Of a stretch of DNA of 64,000 nucleotides, positions 1-15,015 are shown one piece after another. Position 1 is the stretch's first letter. The number at the start of each line of letters is the position of its first letter. Made by a program: the position numbers and the translations under genes. Origin of the DNA: the human T2T-CHM13v2.0 reference genome, Homo sapiens; assembly GCA_009914755.4 (NCBI GenBank), contig CP086569.2, forward strand, positions 13,568,001-13,632,000, in the 5' to 3' direction. Under the pieces are notes generated by a model. It was not told where the DNA came from, did not search any database, and was given only the letters and a program-made list of their open reading frames with translations.

Positions 1-569
1 ACATATAAATATGTGGGCCCCTTTGCATCACTCGTACGTGATTTAGGAAGCACAGGTAGTCTGCAAACATGATGCTCATGCTGCTTGTTCTGTTACAAGT
101 AGTAAAGGCCTTGATACTGCTTGTTTTTGCCTTTATAAAGTCTGCGGATCTTAGTCCCAAAATACTGTCTTTGGATCCACTAAATAGTAACAGGTGAATC
201 TTATAGCTTTTGAGAAAGGTAAAATAAAATCCCAGATCCAACAGAGTTCTATATTAAAATGGTGGTAGTAACATCGGTAGACCTGTGTATTAGTGTATTA
301 TTACACAGTGTATTAGTATTTAGTGAAAATTGGGCTGTGATGTTTATAGGATGTATGTTATACAATAAAACCTTACCAGCAATAAAGAAAAAAATTAGCC
401 TATGTCTGCATATCTATACCTATCAAGACTTCTTCAAAGGAGAAGTAAAGTTAGTAAGTATAAGGCAGGAATTAAGTTCTAGAGTATCTTTTGATTATGA
501 TTATTACATGGGGCGCAGATGTAGAGCACAAAGTGGGCTTTGTTAGGGGCTTAGAACACTTGCATTCTA

Positions 570-874
570 TTTTTTTTTTTTTTTTTTTTTGAGATGGAGT
601 CTTGCTCTTTTCACGTTGGCTGGAGTGCAGTGGCACTGTCTGGGATCCCTGCAACCTCTGCCTCCCTGATTCAGGCAATTCTCCTGCTTCAGCCTCCTGA
701 GTAGCTGGGATTACAGGTGCCTGCTCTGACAGCTGGCTAATTTTTTGTATTTTTAGAACAGACGGAGTTTCGCCATGTTAGCCAGGCTGTTATCAAACTC
801 CTGACCTCAAGCGATCTGCCCATGTCGACTTCCCAAAGTGCTGGGATTACAGGACCGAGACACCGTGCCTGGCC
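570..874 (-). mobile_element. Alu (older AluS/J-like), antisense; poly-T at 570-590
   Basis: Reverse-complement Alu consensus ('gagatggagtcttgctc...ctgggattacagg...cctggcc'); diverged. Its head (841-874) forms the left end of the palindrome. Confidence 0.85.
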
Positions 875-1089
875 AACACTTGTACTTCTTATCTTTGCTG
901 GCTGATGATCTTGGGCAGTTAACTTATTTTTTCTAAAATTTTTTTATGGAAAACCAAGGATAGCAATACATGTATTAAGAACTTCATAATACATGTATTG
1001 CTATCCTTGGTTTTCCATAAAAAAATTTTAGAAAAAATAAGTTAACTGCCCAAGATCATCAGCCAGCAAAGATAAGAAGTACAAGTGTT

Positions 1090-1435
<346 letters not shown>

Positions 1436-2639
1436 TCATAAGATAGTAAGTTTTGCATGATATCTAATCCTAACAAATCTGCAATTTTGTATGTGTGTGC
1501 TAGGTGAGTACAAAAATGGACAAATAATACCAAGAGTCAATCTGCAACATATAAGAAATATCTTCAATCATGAGCAAGTGGGGCTCATAATGGGAATTCA
1601 TGACTGATTTAATATGAAATATTAATCGATGTAATATACCATACTAACAGATTAAGGAACAAAGGCGAAATTACAACTGAATACATCTTGCAGGAGACAA
1701 CAACTAGGCTTTTCTCCTATTCGTCCAGATAGATGGTCTGGCCCAGGATTCTACAGAAGCAGCTCTTCCAGTCACCCCAGGCAAGGGTCTCAGGATAGGG
1801 TAGGTTTACTTGCATGGCACACGATGCGAGAAGTGGTGGCCCCTTAAAAGCTGCTCTATGAATTCCCAGGCGCCGCAGCACGGTCTCAGGATCTCAGCAT
1901 TCAGGCTCACTTTTCTATGTACTGTTCATCCTGAGAAAAACTTGAAAACTGGTGATGTTTTCATGCAGGCTGTTATCGGCCAGAGCAGAGATTAACGATG
2001 AAGTAAAAACCAGTAGTGCAAGTGGAACCGTCAGAGCAACATAGTTGGGACACAAAAGATTAATCCCTTAGCCATAGCACCTCGCCTGGCGTTGACTTCT
2101 TTCTTGACTATGCCATACACTCTGCGTCCTACCAGTTCACATCAGATTTGCAGTCTTACTAAACGCCTTTCGTACTCCCACCTGTCCAGTAATCAGCTGT
2201 TTCCACAAGCAGTTACAGAACTAAAAGCGATTAAGGACAGGAATTCTATAGCTGAAGGGGCAGCGGATAGCCAGTGCCGTCCTGGGCTATTTTTATTGTG
2301 TGGCCCTAGCTGCAGCTATCCCAGTGTTGGTGATGAATACGCTTCAGTCGGGACTGAGGTTTCCGTCTAGGGCACCAAGGTGTTGCCAGTTCCGCTGCTT
2401 CTGGGTATAGAAAGAGTAGAAAAGGGGAAGAAAAGTAGAAACAGCAACCGTTAGCAAAGAGAGGAAGACGTAAATCAGAGCAGGGGAGGCCCTAGGGGCG
2501 GGGCTTGGCGGGGGTGGGGTCTTGGAGGGTCGCAGGTCGCGGCGCTGGGGATGGTGGGAGCCTGCGCAGCTGGCTGGGCGGTCTCTTTCTCTCTCTCCTT
2601 TTTTTTTTTTTTTTTTTTTTTTTTTGTCAGCCGGGTTCA

Positions 2640-2981
2640 ATGCGCCATATTGAAGAGGACGGGTCTAATAGATCGCTGGAGACACAATTTAACTGAACCC
2701 CGCCCGTTGTGGACTGACTTTGATGCTCTGAGTCCCTCCCTCCTTCACGCCGCTAGCAGGCCCTGATGTAGATTGCCTTTGTCTTACTTGGGACGTTTAC
2801 CTGAGCGCTTGGTGCTGGTGTCGGGACCGGGAGATAGGAGTGTCTCAGGAGAGACCTGGCCGAAAACCGCGAGAAAGAAAAGTGAAGCCTAGTGAAACTG
2901 CCTTTGCAGTGACTCAAGAAAAACTCATCACCTGGAGTCCGTGTAAGCTCGGCGACAGCCCTAGCAGCGAGGCCAAAACAG
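2640..2981 (+). other. USP9Y: Putative non-coding exon 1 (5'UTR) of USP9Y; the 5' boundary (TSS) cannot be determined from sequence, only the 3' donor is precise
   Basis: Consensus donor 'ccaaaacag|gtaaagag' at 2981|2982 inside the CpG island, on the same strand as the downstream coding exons. TSS guessed just downstream of the GC boxes and T-tract. Confidence 0.4.
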
Positions 2982-3245
2982 GTAAAGAGGGCTACTGAAT
3001 GACAAAGAGGTAGCGGCATCGGTCACCTGTATAAAGAGATGGACGCTTCTTAGGCCAAATCCCGGTATTTGTGAGCAATGTCTTCCTCAGGCATGCAGGC
3101 CGCAGTCACGACCGCGTGCCTAGAAAGTACCTAATATCAAAATATTTTACAGATATTTTGTTGTCCGCCATTCCCAGGTGTAGGTCTGAGTCTAGTCTCT
3201 ATTTCCCACTGTCGGGTGCCCTGATTACGTGGACCTGGCGCCTGT

Positions 3246-3342
3246 ACCGTAAACCACCCGCGCCTCCGAATCACCGACAGACAGATGTGAGATAATGTCG
3301 GAGGCTCAGGGGATTCTGAGTATGTGCGTTTCTTCTTTTGCC
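3246..3342. repeat. Copy 1 of a duplicated 97-bp segment (CpG-rich copy inside the CpG island)
   Basis: 'accgtaaaccacccgcgcctccgaatcaccgacagacagatgtgagataatgtcggaggctcaggggattctgagtatgtgcgtttc...' aligns to 5579-5676. Confidence 0.8.
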
Positions 3343-4190
3343 CTACCGGGCTTGAGACTTCTTATTTCGGAGGGCTAGGGGCAGACGCGGGCGGAACTGC
3401 TGTGTGTGTATTTTGCACTGTAAGGAAAAATGGCCGCCTAGCCTCCCCCGCCTTCCCTATTTCTCGTAATGCCTAAGGTGAAGTGGGAGGATTAAATCTC
3501 TGGTTTCACAGGAAGAACCTCCTGTCTATGCCCGGGGCCTCACTCAGAGCCAGGGACTAACCGCTCCTGGTTACACACCTTGCCCCACGGTCCTTCACAG
3601 GCTCGAAACTGGCTCGTTGCACCAAATGCTCTTACCCAGGTGGAGTGATGAGGAACGGAGTTAGGCGTTAGCTGTCCTTAGTCATTAGGCCAGACTTCTT
3701 GTCCACCTCCCGCAATCAGCCCTCACCATCTGACCTGAGAGTCTGCACCAGGTTTTTGCCCTCTTACAGCCTTATACCTCCTCTTCCTCTCCGCTACTTT
3801 GCTAAACGCCAAGACGCAGTATGACGTATTTTAATGAACAATTCGGTTCCGATTTAGTTTGTATCAGATCTCCTTTCTGTTCTCTACAGAAACAACTTGT
3901 CTCTGTTAGTGGTTGAACCTGTTTTTGTGATAGCGCATTACGCATAATGTACTTTTTCGGTATCTCAAAATATTAACTTAGACTTATGGAGCAGATATTT
4001 TACTAATTTTTATGAAATTTTTTGCAAACTAGAAATTTACACAGGAATTTTAAACGTTTATATTAAGAATGTTATTTATAAAATTTGCGCATAAGTTTAC
4101 TTAATTTGTACGCTGCCCGGTGTATCTTACTTGTTCAGAAGGTTTTTAAGTTTGAAAGATGTATACGTAACCCTTAACTATTAATGCTGG

Positions 4191-4497
4191 TTTTTTGTTT
4201 TTTGTTTTCTTTTTGAGACGGAGTTTCGCTCTTGTTGCCCTGGCAGGAGTGCAGTGGCGCGATCTCGGCTCACCACAACCTCCACCTCGCGGGTTCAAGC
4301 GATTCTTATGCCTTAGCCTCCGGAGTACCAGTGATTACAGGAATGCGCCACCACGTCGGGCTAATTTTGTATTTTTAGTAGAAACGTGGTTTCTCCATGT
4401 TGGTCAGGCTGGTCTCGAACTGCCGACCTCAGGTGATCTGCCCGCTTCGGTCTCCCAAAGGCCTGGGATTACAGGCGTGAGCCACCGTGCTCAGCCT
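4191..4497 (-). mobile_element. Alu, antisense
   Basis: 'ttttgagacggagtttcgctcttgttgccc...ctgggattacaggcgtgagccaccgtgctcagcc'. Confidence 0.85.
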
Positions 4498-4914
4498 GGT
4501 TTTTGTTTTTGTTTTTTTAAGGGGGGCATTCTCTTACTGGGCAACTCGTTCATCCTCTAAATCCACAAAACAAGATCACTGTTAAGAAGGAAATACAGGT
4601 TCTTTCACTACGAAACTTTCAAGACTTCTTTTCTTGGGGTTCATTCTCATTAGTAATTATCCGATAAACTAAGTACCAGATCATAAGGTACCACGGTTGT
4701 CTAAAACTATACCGTTAAACTTTAAAAATATACACCATAAACTTCTACATTTTTCTTAGTTTGCTGCTTTAATCACTGCCATTTTCGTCTCTGCAAATGC
4801 GCAATTGTTTAAAAGTGTAAGGATTTGTTTTTCAATTAGAAAACTCATTGATATGCTTTTAACTTTCTCGCTTCACATGCTTTTAACTTCTCGCTTCAAA
4901 CTTTATTCTTACAG

Positions 4915-4961
4915 TTTGGGAAGAAAGAAAACCTAAAGTATTTGCCGTTGGTGATTCAAGG
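4915..4961 (+). other. Candidate 47-nt non-coding (5'UTR) exon
   Basis: Strong acceptor 'ctttattcttacag|tttggg' and strong donor 'ttcaagg|gtgagttgg' 47 nt apart, 1.9 kb downstream of putative exon 1. Not verifiable without transcript data. Confidence 0.3.
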
Positions 4962-5120
4962 GTGAGTTGGGAGTATTTTTTATTTCACTGACTTGAAAAT
5001 AAGATTGTGGGATTTTAATTATTTCTTGTTGCCGTTTTCTGTTAACGGTGATTGCGTGAATGTTTACTCTTGTCAATCTTGTCTTACTGTTACAATATTT
5101 CTTTTTGTCGGTTGGCTTTA

Positions 5121-5487
<367 letters not shown>

Positions 5488-5578
5488 TTATAATGACTAC
5501 ATAATGGCAAAAACATTGTATTTGAGAATCTACGTAATAAAGAAGTGATTTTTAACAGATTTTATTTAACTTATTGAG

Positions 5579-5676
5579 ACCGTAAACCACCCGTGCCTCC
5601 CAGTCACAGACAGACAGATGTGAGATAATGTAGGAGGCTCAGGGGATTCTGAGTATGGACATTTCTTATTTTTGGG
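5579..5676. repeat. Copy 2 of the duplicated 97-bp segment (CpG-decayed copy)
   Basis: About 90% identical to 3246-3342; most differences are CG->TG/CA. Confidence 0.8.
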
Positions 5677-5734
5677 CTTTTGAATGGTTACCGTGGTTTG
5701 TCAATGAAAATGGAAAAGAAGGATTTCTTTTCCA

Positions 5735-6040
5735 GGCCAGGCACAGTGGCTCATTCCTGTCATCTTAGCAATTTGGGAAGCCGAGTCAGGCAGATCACCT
5801 GAGGTTAGGAGTTTGAGACCAGCTTGGCCAACATGGCAAAACCCTGTCTCTACTAAAAATACATACATTAGCTGGGCATGGTGGTGGGCGCCTGTGATCC
5901 CAGCTACTTGGGAAACTGAGGCAGGAGAACCACTTGAATTCAGGAAGCAGAGGTTGCAGTGAGCCGAGATCTGCGCCATTGCACTCCAGCCTGGGAGACA
6001 AAGCTGAGACTCTATCTCAAAAAAAGAAAAAGAAAAAAGA
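5735..6040 (+). mobile_element. Alu, sense; TSD 'aagaaggattt'
   Basis: 'ggccaggcacagtggctcattcctgt...'; A-rich tail 'aaaaaaagaaaaagaaaaaag'; TSD at 5718-5728 and 6039-6049. Confidence 0.85.
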
Positions 6041-6993
6041 AGGATTTACTGTGGGTCTTTTTTTCTTCTCGGATGTTGAAATGCGTTTTCCAGTATCTAG
6101 CATTACGTATTTTAATGGATATCTTCTAATAGATTTTTTCATCAGATATTTATGAGGCAGCTTACAGTTTTAGAAAGTAGGTATTTGTCTCAACTTCAAC
6201 ATTCACTTCTTGGTTTGTTGCACAAATTAACACTTTGTTAGCTTTTTGTTGTTTTATAAGATTCGTTTTTAAACTACAGTAGACAGTTTTGTTTTAGCAT
6301 TTTGATGTGGAAACCATCCTTTGCTTGAGTTAAAGATAATTATTTCAAATCTATGTTTTTTAAAAAATGTGCATTAAAGGATTGGTAGTCATTTTTGTGC
6401 AATAAACGAAATATTTTTTCTTATTGCATAAGTTAGTGTAATAGCTTTATTGAAGTATAATTTACATATTAAATGTTTCTTTTACATATACAACTTACTG
6501 GTTTCTAATACATTTACAGAGTTCTGAAACACTTCCAGTTTTAGAACATTTTCATCACTCCAGCACATCCTTGTTCCTTTTCAAGCCATTCCCCACTCAT
6601 ATCCTCAGCTCTTGGTAATCTGTAATCTTCTATATCTACAGATTTGCCTTTTTTGGATGTTTCACAAAAATTGAATCAAAATATGTAGTCTTTGTATCTC
6701 ACATCTTCCACATAGATAATGTTTTTGAGATTTGCGTCTTCCATGTAGATAATGTTTTTGAGATTCATTCATGTTGTAATATGGATAAATACTGTGTCTT
6801 TTTATACTAATGGTATATCATTATATGGGTGCAGTTTACCTGTTTACCAAGTGTACATTTGGTACACTTGTTTGCAGTTTGGGGTTTTTATAAGTGAAGT
6901 TGCTAGGAACATTAATGTACACAAGGCTTTATGTGTGAACAATTAGGGTTTTTGTTTCTTTGTTACATTTTAAGGACTTTAAGAACAATTACA

Positions 6994-7305
6994 GGGTGGG
7001 GCACAGTGGCTCATGCCTGTAATCCTAGCACTTTGGGAGGCCAAGGCGGGTGGATCACCTGAGGTCAGGAGTTCGAGACCAGCCTAGCCAATATGGTGAA
7101 ACCCCGTCTATACTAAAAATACAAAAAATAACTGGGCATGGTGGTGTGTGCCCATAGTCCCAGCTACTTGGAGGCTGAGGCAGAATCCTTGGGAGCCAGG
7201 AGGCAGAATCCCTTGAACCCAGGAGGCAGAAGTTGTAATGAGCAGAGATCTCACCACTGCACTCCAGCCTGGGCAACAGAGCAAGACTCTGTCTCAAAAA
7301 AAAGA
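6994..7305 (+). mobile_element. Alu, sense; TSD 'aagaacaatt'; internal 20-bp duplication
   Basis: 'gggtggggcacagtggctcatgcctgtaatcctagcactttgggaggccaagg...'. Confidence 0.85.
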
Positions 7306-7680
7306 AAAGAACAATTGTATCTTGGGGAGGTATGTAGTAACAAAATTACTTATTGTATTGTAAGTTTATATTTAACTTAAGCAATTGCCAAATTGTTTTC
7401 CAAGGTGTCTGCACCATTTTACATTCATACCAGCTGTTTTGGTATACTCTTTCCATTGGGTGTGCAGTGGTATCTTATTAGTGGTATCTTATTTTGCATT
7501 TTCCTAATGGCTAACAAATGTTGAACATCTTCTCATGTGCTCATTTTCTGATTGTGTTTCTTTAGAGAATATTCAGACTTGCCCATTAAAATTTATTGTT
7601 TGTTTTAAATTGACCTGTAAAAGCTCTTTGTTTGGCTATGTCTTTTTTTCCTTTCCTTCCTTTTTTTAATGTGTGTGTGT

Positions 7681-8176
<496 letters not shown>

Positions 8177-8369
8177 TAGATAATATCTTCTGTCAGACAT
8201 ATGATATGCAAATATTTTGTCCTAGTCTGCAGCTTATCTTCACTTTCTTAATGACATATTTTGAAGCACAAAAGCTTTTTGTTTTGTTTTGTTTTATTGC
8301 TTGTGCTTTTTATGTTCTAGCTAGGAAATCTTTTCCTAACTGAAAGTTATTGATGAAGAGTCACACTCC

Positions 8370-8965
8370 GTAAAATACTTGAAGGGATTTATTCTGAGCC
8401 AAGTATGAGGGACCAGTGGCCCATGACCCAGCACTCAGGAGACCCTGAGAACATGTGTCCAAGGTGGTCTGGGCACAGCCTAGCTTTATACATTTTACAG
8501 AGGCATGAGATATCCATCAAATACATATGTGGAAGATGTACATTGCTTCGGCCCAGAAAGTTGAGACAGCTGAAAGCTGGGGCTCCCAGGTTACTGGTAG
8601 AGTTAAAGTTTCTCTGATTGGTAGGTTGACAGTTAAGTTATTACCTAAATACCTAGAGTCAATAGAAGAGAACGTCTGGGTTATAATGATGAGGGATTGT
8701 GAAGACCAAAGTTCTCTTATGCAAGTGAAGCCTCCAGGTAGCGGGCTTCAGAAAAAATGGATTGTAAGATTGTAAATGTTTCTCATCAGAAAAATAGTCT
8801 ATTGTATTAGTAATTCCAAAAGAGAGGAGCATATAATGAGGTATGTCCGTACTCTTCTCCGCATCACAACCTGAACCAGCCCCCCTCAGGTTAGTCTTGG
8901 AATGTCCTTGCCAAAAGGAAGGGTCCATTCAGATGGTTGGAGGGCTTAGAATTTTATTTTTGGTT
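8370..8965 (+). repeat. Unclassified LTR-like interspersed repeat, copy A
   Basis: Shares 'tgagaacatgtg(t/c)ccaag(g/a)tgg...ttatacatttta(c/g)ag(a/g)g(g/a)catgagatatc...ccattcagatggttg(g/a)agggcttagaattttatttttggt' with 17575-18915. Confidence 0.55.
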
Positions 8966-9221
8966 TACATTCTCCCCCTTTAGGCCAAGATTTGCCAGAG
9001 GCAACATCAGTGGCCACCAAATTTTTATTCCATCCCATAAAGTTGGGACAGATGAACCCAGTGTGGCCTGGGTGTCTGGTCTGGGTTCATCTTGTCCCCC
9101 TTCGTGGGGACTCACCACCATTCCTCTATTGCCAGGGAACTGACAGTGAAAAGACTTATAGCCAGTTGAATATTTAGACAAAAAAAGAATGGATATAGAC
9201 ACACATTCATTACCCTGAGAT

Positions 9222-9516
9222 TTTTTTTTTTTATTTGAGAGAGAGTCTCACTCTATCGCCCAGACTGGAATGCAGTGGGGTGGTCTCAGCTTGGTGCATC
9301 CTCTGCCTCCTGGGTTCAAGCGATTCTCCTGCCTCAGCCTCCTGAGTAGCTGGGACTATAGGAGTGTGCTACCACACCCAGCTAATTTTTTGTGTGTTTT
9401 GAGTACAGACAGTTTCACCCTGTTGGCCAGTCTGGTGTTAAACCCCTGACCTTGTGGTCTGCCCACCCTGGCCTCACAAAGTGCTGGGATTACAGGCGTG
9501 AGCCACTGTGCCGGCC
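9222..9516 (-). mobile_element. Alu, antisense
   Basis: Poly-T then 'gagagagagtctcactctatcgcccagactggaatgcagtgg...gctgggattacaggcgtgagccactgtgccggcc'. Confidence 0.85.
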
Positions 9517-11621
9517 ACATTGTTTTTTGTTTGTTTGTTTTTTGTTTTTTAGTAAGTAAAAAGTCAACCAGCAAAAAGTCAAAGGTGAGGTTACAAAACT
9601 GACTTACCTTTAATTTCTATGCGTTCTGCTACTAATCATATAGTTTTAGTTACAGAATTACAGCAATTACCTATTCAAAAATGAGCATTGTTCTGAAAAA
9701 AAATTTTAAAAATGTATTATCTAGATGTACAACTTATAGCTGGGAGGCTTTGTCATGAGGTATCTTTACCCTCTCAGTAATTGTTTTCTTTTAGTTTTAT
9801 GAAAAGCAGAAAATACTTTATGGTTAGAATGCGTGAAAAGGCGCCACATGATAGCTTAGAGGGCAAAGTCCCTTGTTTACTAGCTGTGGAGGCATTTGTT
9901 TACCTCTGGTTACTTTGGCGGGTATGACCTAATTCTGCCCCTTAAAACCAGTCCTTAGAATCTCATGTGCCCACCGCTTTGGCAGTCGCTGGGCCTAGAA
10001 AGAGGGTGCTTGGATAGTCCTAGCAGCAGGACATTTGCAGAGAAAAACAGTCTAGGCCCAGTAGATGCCAAATGAGGGAAATTGGCATCTCTAGTCTTCA
10101 GGAGACCATGAATCTGGTTTCTTTGGAAGTAAAATAAGGAGAGATACATAACGTTAGTATTTTGACAATCAAAAGAGTATTTGCATGTCAGAACGAAAAA
10201 AGAACCTATTCCATTAGGGCACCAACTAACAATATGAAATCAAATTATAATCTGGTAATCTTTAGAGGATTATTGTACCCAAGAAATAACTCATGCTCTA
10301 TTCTGCAATTAAAAACAGAAGTCAGGGCTGAAATCTAGTAACATGCTAAACTTTTCCTTTGAAACAGTTTCTCTCTCCAGCACTCCTTTTCCATTATAGA
10401 GGAATTACAGTAAGACCAATTCATGTGCAAAATAAGTGTTAGGCTTATTGTACTTGGCCTGATTGTTTGCATAATGTGCAGCAAGCATTGATTGCCCATA
10501 TAGGCTCCTTTTAAGTTGGCTTTGCTGGAACTTTACCTAAAAATATGTTAGTCTAGTCAAAGTCTTGGTGAAGTAACTAGTGATTCAAGCTGTCTCATTT
10601 TAAGAGAAAAGACTCTTAATAAACTTAGGCAAATAACTGCATTACCATAAAATCAGTTTCTGAATTCTGGAGAACTCGAAGTGAAAGGGAAATTTCCTTA
10701 TAAGAACATACTTTACCCAAATGTTTTAAACCGTAAATAATCTAAAAAAGCATACTTCCTTGACTCTTCTTTAACCAGAGCAGCAGCCTTACAAAACAAG
10801 ATTGTATTTGTGTACCTTGGAACTGCTACTCACATGCTAAGCAGCTCTTGTCAGATGAGAGCTGTCAGGCATTGTACAATCTGGGAGCTCTTCACATGAT
10901 TAGAGTAAGTCCTAAGGAAGAAGGAGGCTCCCTGCTCATGAGTATCTCCTCCTTGTATTTTCCAGGTAGCAATATTCTATGTAAAGCATTATTAATTTAT
11001 CATGAAACTTTTGGGCAACATTATTTCCATTAGCATGGGGGAAGCTTCAGTTAACAACCCATAGCAAGGCAGTTACTGCTCCTCAAGTGGAAATGTTCTA
11101 CTTCAGGTATTCTCATTGGGAAGTAGTCACAGGCTTATGGTAGAAGCCCCAGTAAATGCTCTGCAAAGGCTGTGAAGTGGAGGATTTGTTCTATCACTGC
11201 AGCTTCTACCTTACATTCTGTGGGCTCAGGCAGTCTTACTGGTTCCTATTTAGCATGTCCACTTTAATTAACATTTCTCAAAGGGCAGATTTACGTGCCT
11301 TCCGTTGTTGTTGTTTTTCCTTTAATTTGCTCAGGTTGAATACCTGCCTTCAGTAAAGCTGAAGACACTAGTTAGGGGAAACATCCTTGCGTCAGGTACA
11401 TTGGTACCCATTTTCATAACACGTTTAGGTAAAGGAGTCACAGCTACTTTATAGAAAGCCTGTTTAAACACTCAGGTTTCATAATCTTTACATTTTTTAT
11501 GTTCTGGTCTGAGGAATCTTTCTTTTCTACTCCCAGACCATTTTACCTTTTCTGGTAAAAAAGAATTTGGGTTTCCAGTAGGGGATCCAGCCAAGGGACA
11601 CAGGCTGTTTTGTCAATCTTT

Positions 11622-11916
11622 ATCTTTATCTTTTTTTTATTTTTGAGACGCAGTCTCACTCTGCTGCCCAGAGTGGCAGGATCTTGGCTCACTGCAAGCT
11701 CTGCCTCCTGGGTTCACGCCATTCTCCGGCCTCAGCCTCCCAAGTAGCTGGGACAACAGGCGCCCGCCACCACGCCCGGCTAATTTTTTTGTATTTTTAG
11801 TAGAGACGAGGTTTCACCGTGTTAGCCAGGATGGTCTCGATCTCCTGACCTCGTGATCCACCCGCCTCGGCCTCCCAAAGTGCTGGGATTACAGGCGTGA
11901 GCCGCCGTGCCCGGCC
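11622..11916 (-). mobile_element. Alu (young AluY/S-like, CpGs largely retained), antisense; TSD 'caatctttatctt'
   Basis: Near-consensus reverse-complement Alu; direct repeats at 11607-11619 and 11917-11929. Confidence 0.9.
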
Positions 11917-13022
11917 CAATCTTTATCTTAATTGACTTAAGCATTGCTCCAGGCAGTGCCACCTTTTTCATTATGCTTTACCTTTTGATTTTTCTTAACT
12001 TTCCCTAATATGGTGCAAATAGTAGAAAACTACCTTTTGGTGTTTTTTAATGTTGGGGGACTAGCAGGGGTTCCCTTTGGTCCACGCAACCTTTGATAGT
12101 ATGTAAATTCCTTTGTTTTTGACCCTATCAATTTTCATTTTATTTATTAATAACCATTTAAAGATTTATGTAACCCTTCTGGGGCAAGTCCTTTGATTTT
12201 CTTTCCCTTTTCCATTTTGTTGTTAATTATCCTAATGTTTTAGTAAGCATCTTTAGGACTCAGGAGAGGCAACAAATTTAATAAGGCTTCTGAAATAGTT
12301 GTATGATTCTGCAAGAGGAATGCCACATGAGGTGCCCATGTAAAAGGGGCCTTCTTAACCCCAGCATTTAGTATGACCTAGGTAATAGGCATATTCAGTG
12401 GGAAAATATCTGGTCATCATAAGGCCAAACCCATAGGCTTCCATGTGAAGCACATCAACTGCTTCATCTGGGTGCTCCACTTGGCATTTTATTGGAGAGA
12501 ATTGGACAGTCCCTTTCTCAGGGTCAACGGACCTTACAGTGGCCATTTATCAAGTCCAGTAAGCTGGTTGTTATTTTAGAAAAAGTCTTCTGTGCCTTTG
12601 GATTGCATATACTCATCAGTGATTGTTTAATAATGAGCTTTGTGTCCAGCATCAACCCATTTACAATTAAGGATTCTGTCTTTAAAATTATTTTTACAAT
12701 CTATTATACTAAAAATTTTTCATGAAGCTGATAATATCAAACTGCAAATTAGAATAATTTCTTTATATTCCACCCTTTGGATTTGGTAGTTGATTTTGCC
12801 CTTCCCCTGTATTTATGATGTTTTTGGTAAAATAGTACATTTTTTCCTACTATTTTAACTCTTAGAAACCCAAATTCCTAGTGAGAAAACCTATGTAATT
12901 TAACATAACATCGCTTTTAAAATTTTAAACTAGTGAAGAGGATTTTCAGATTAAATTTGTCAAAGATAACCAAGATGATGTGAATTAAAAGGCATTTCAG
13001 CTAGCTTCTTTTAGTCTGATAA

Positions 13023-13638
<616 letters not shown>

Positions 13639-13876
13639 TAAGCACTTTTCTTTAAGCCAGTTGACTAGAGCTCTTTTATTTAGTTTGGTAGTGAAAAATC
13701 ACTTCCACATGACACATAAACATATAGACATAACAGACATAATGCACATACAGACAAAAGGCAGGTCCAAAAGATTTATTTGCCTGTTTTCAAAACTTCT
13801 GTCTCTTACTTTAGAATATAAATTTAAAAGGTTACGGGAGCCAACAAAAGGTGAAGGAGAGTTACCATCCCAGGAC

Positions 13877-14173
<297 letters not shown>

Positions 14174-14711
14174 AGATTGTCTCAGGCCTTTTCAAAAGAA
14201 AGATCTGAAATTCTGAGATATCAATCTAGGAATTTCAAAAGAAACAGATTATAGAATTTAAAACTTAACACCTTCTTGTATTAAGAGAAGTCAACATTTT
14301 AAATAAAACCTTGTTCTTACCAGTTCTTTAGTTTTTCATTAGTGTATTTCTAATAAGTTCAATTTCTAGAGAGAATGTTACAGTTTTTTTAAATACAGCC
14401 AACTTTATTATGTAACTTAAAAAAATTTTTTTACTAACCTTTTTACAAATTATATCAATCATTCATTACATGCTTGGACTTTCTGGTTTGTTCTAAATAT
14501 CTCTGTTTCTTGAACAACCAGTTACCTTATTTTAGGACAAAAAATTTACCACACAAGATTCTTTTTTATATTTCATTACTTTTCTTTTAACCTCTCTTTA
14601 AAAAACACAAAACTATTTCTGTAACTTTCTTTACATCTGTCTTATTTCCTGGTTCCTTTTTTGTATACCCACTAAATAAGATTTGCATTAGACAAAAATA
14701 TTTACCATTAA

Positions 14712-15015
<304 letters not shown>

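Larger units (their letters stand above)
2380..3460 (+). promoter_or_regulatory. USP9Y: CpG-island core / putative USP9Y promoter; weaker CpG enrichment extends ~1670-4500
   Basis: Very high CpG and G+C density unlike the CpG-depleted flanks. GC box 'ggggcgggg' at 2486-2494. (CT)n plus T27 tract at 2581-2625. YY1-like 'GCCATATT' at 2644-2651. A strong splice donor lies downstream at 2981/2982, and CpGs are retained even in AT-rich sequence at 3800-4190. Confidence 0.6.

Noticed and set aside
1800-2370. ORF-track ORFs upstream of the CpG island (1810-1995, 2092-2370), considered as possible upstream or divergent coding sequence
   Set aside because: Short, no homology recognised, no splice or start context. 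The region is better explained as promoter-flanking non-coding DNA.
9540-9600. 'aaaggtgaggtt' donor-like motif after a T-rich tract, considered as a possible cryptic exon
   Set aside because: No matching upstream acceptor or coding potential. Donor-like hexamers are frequent by chance.
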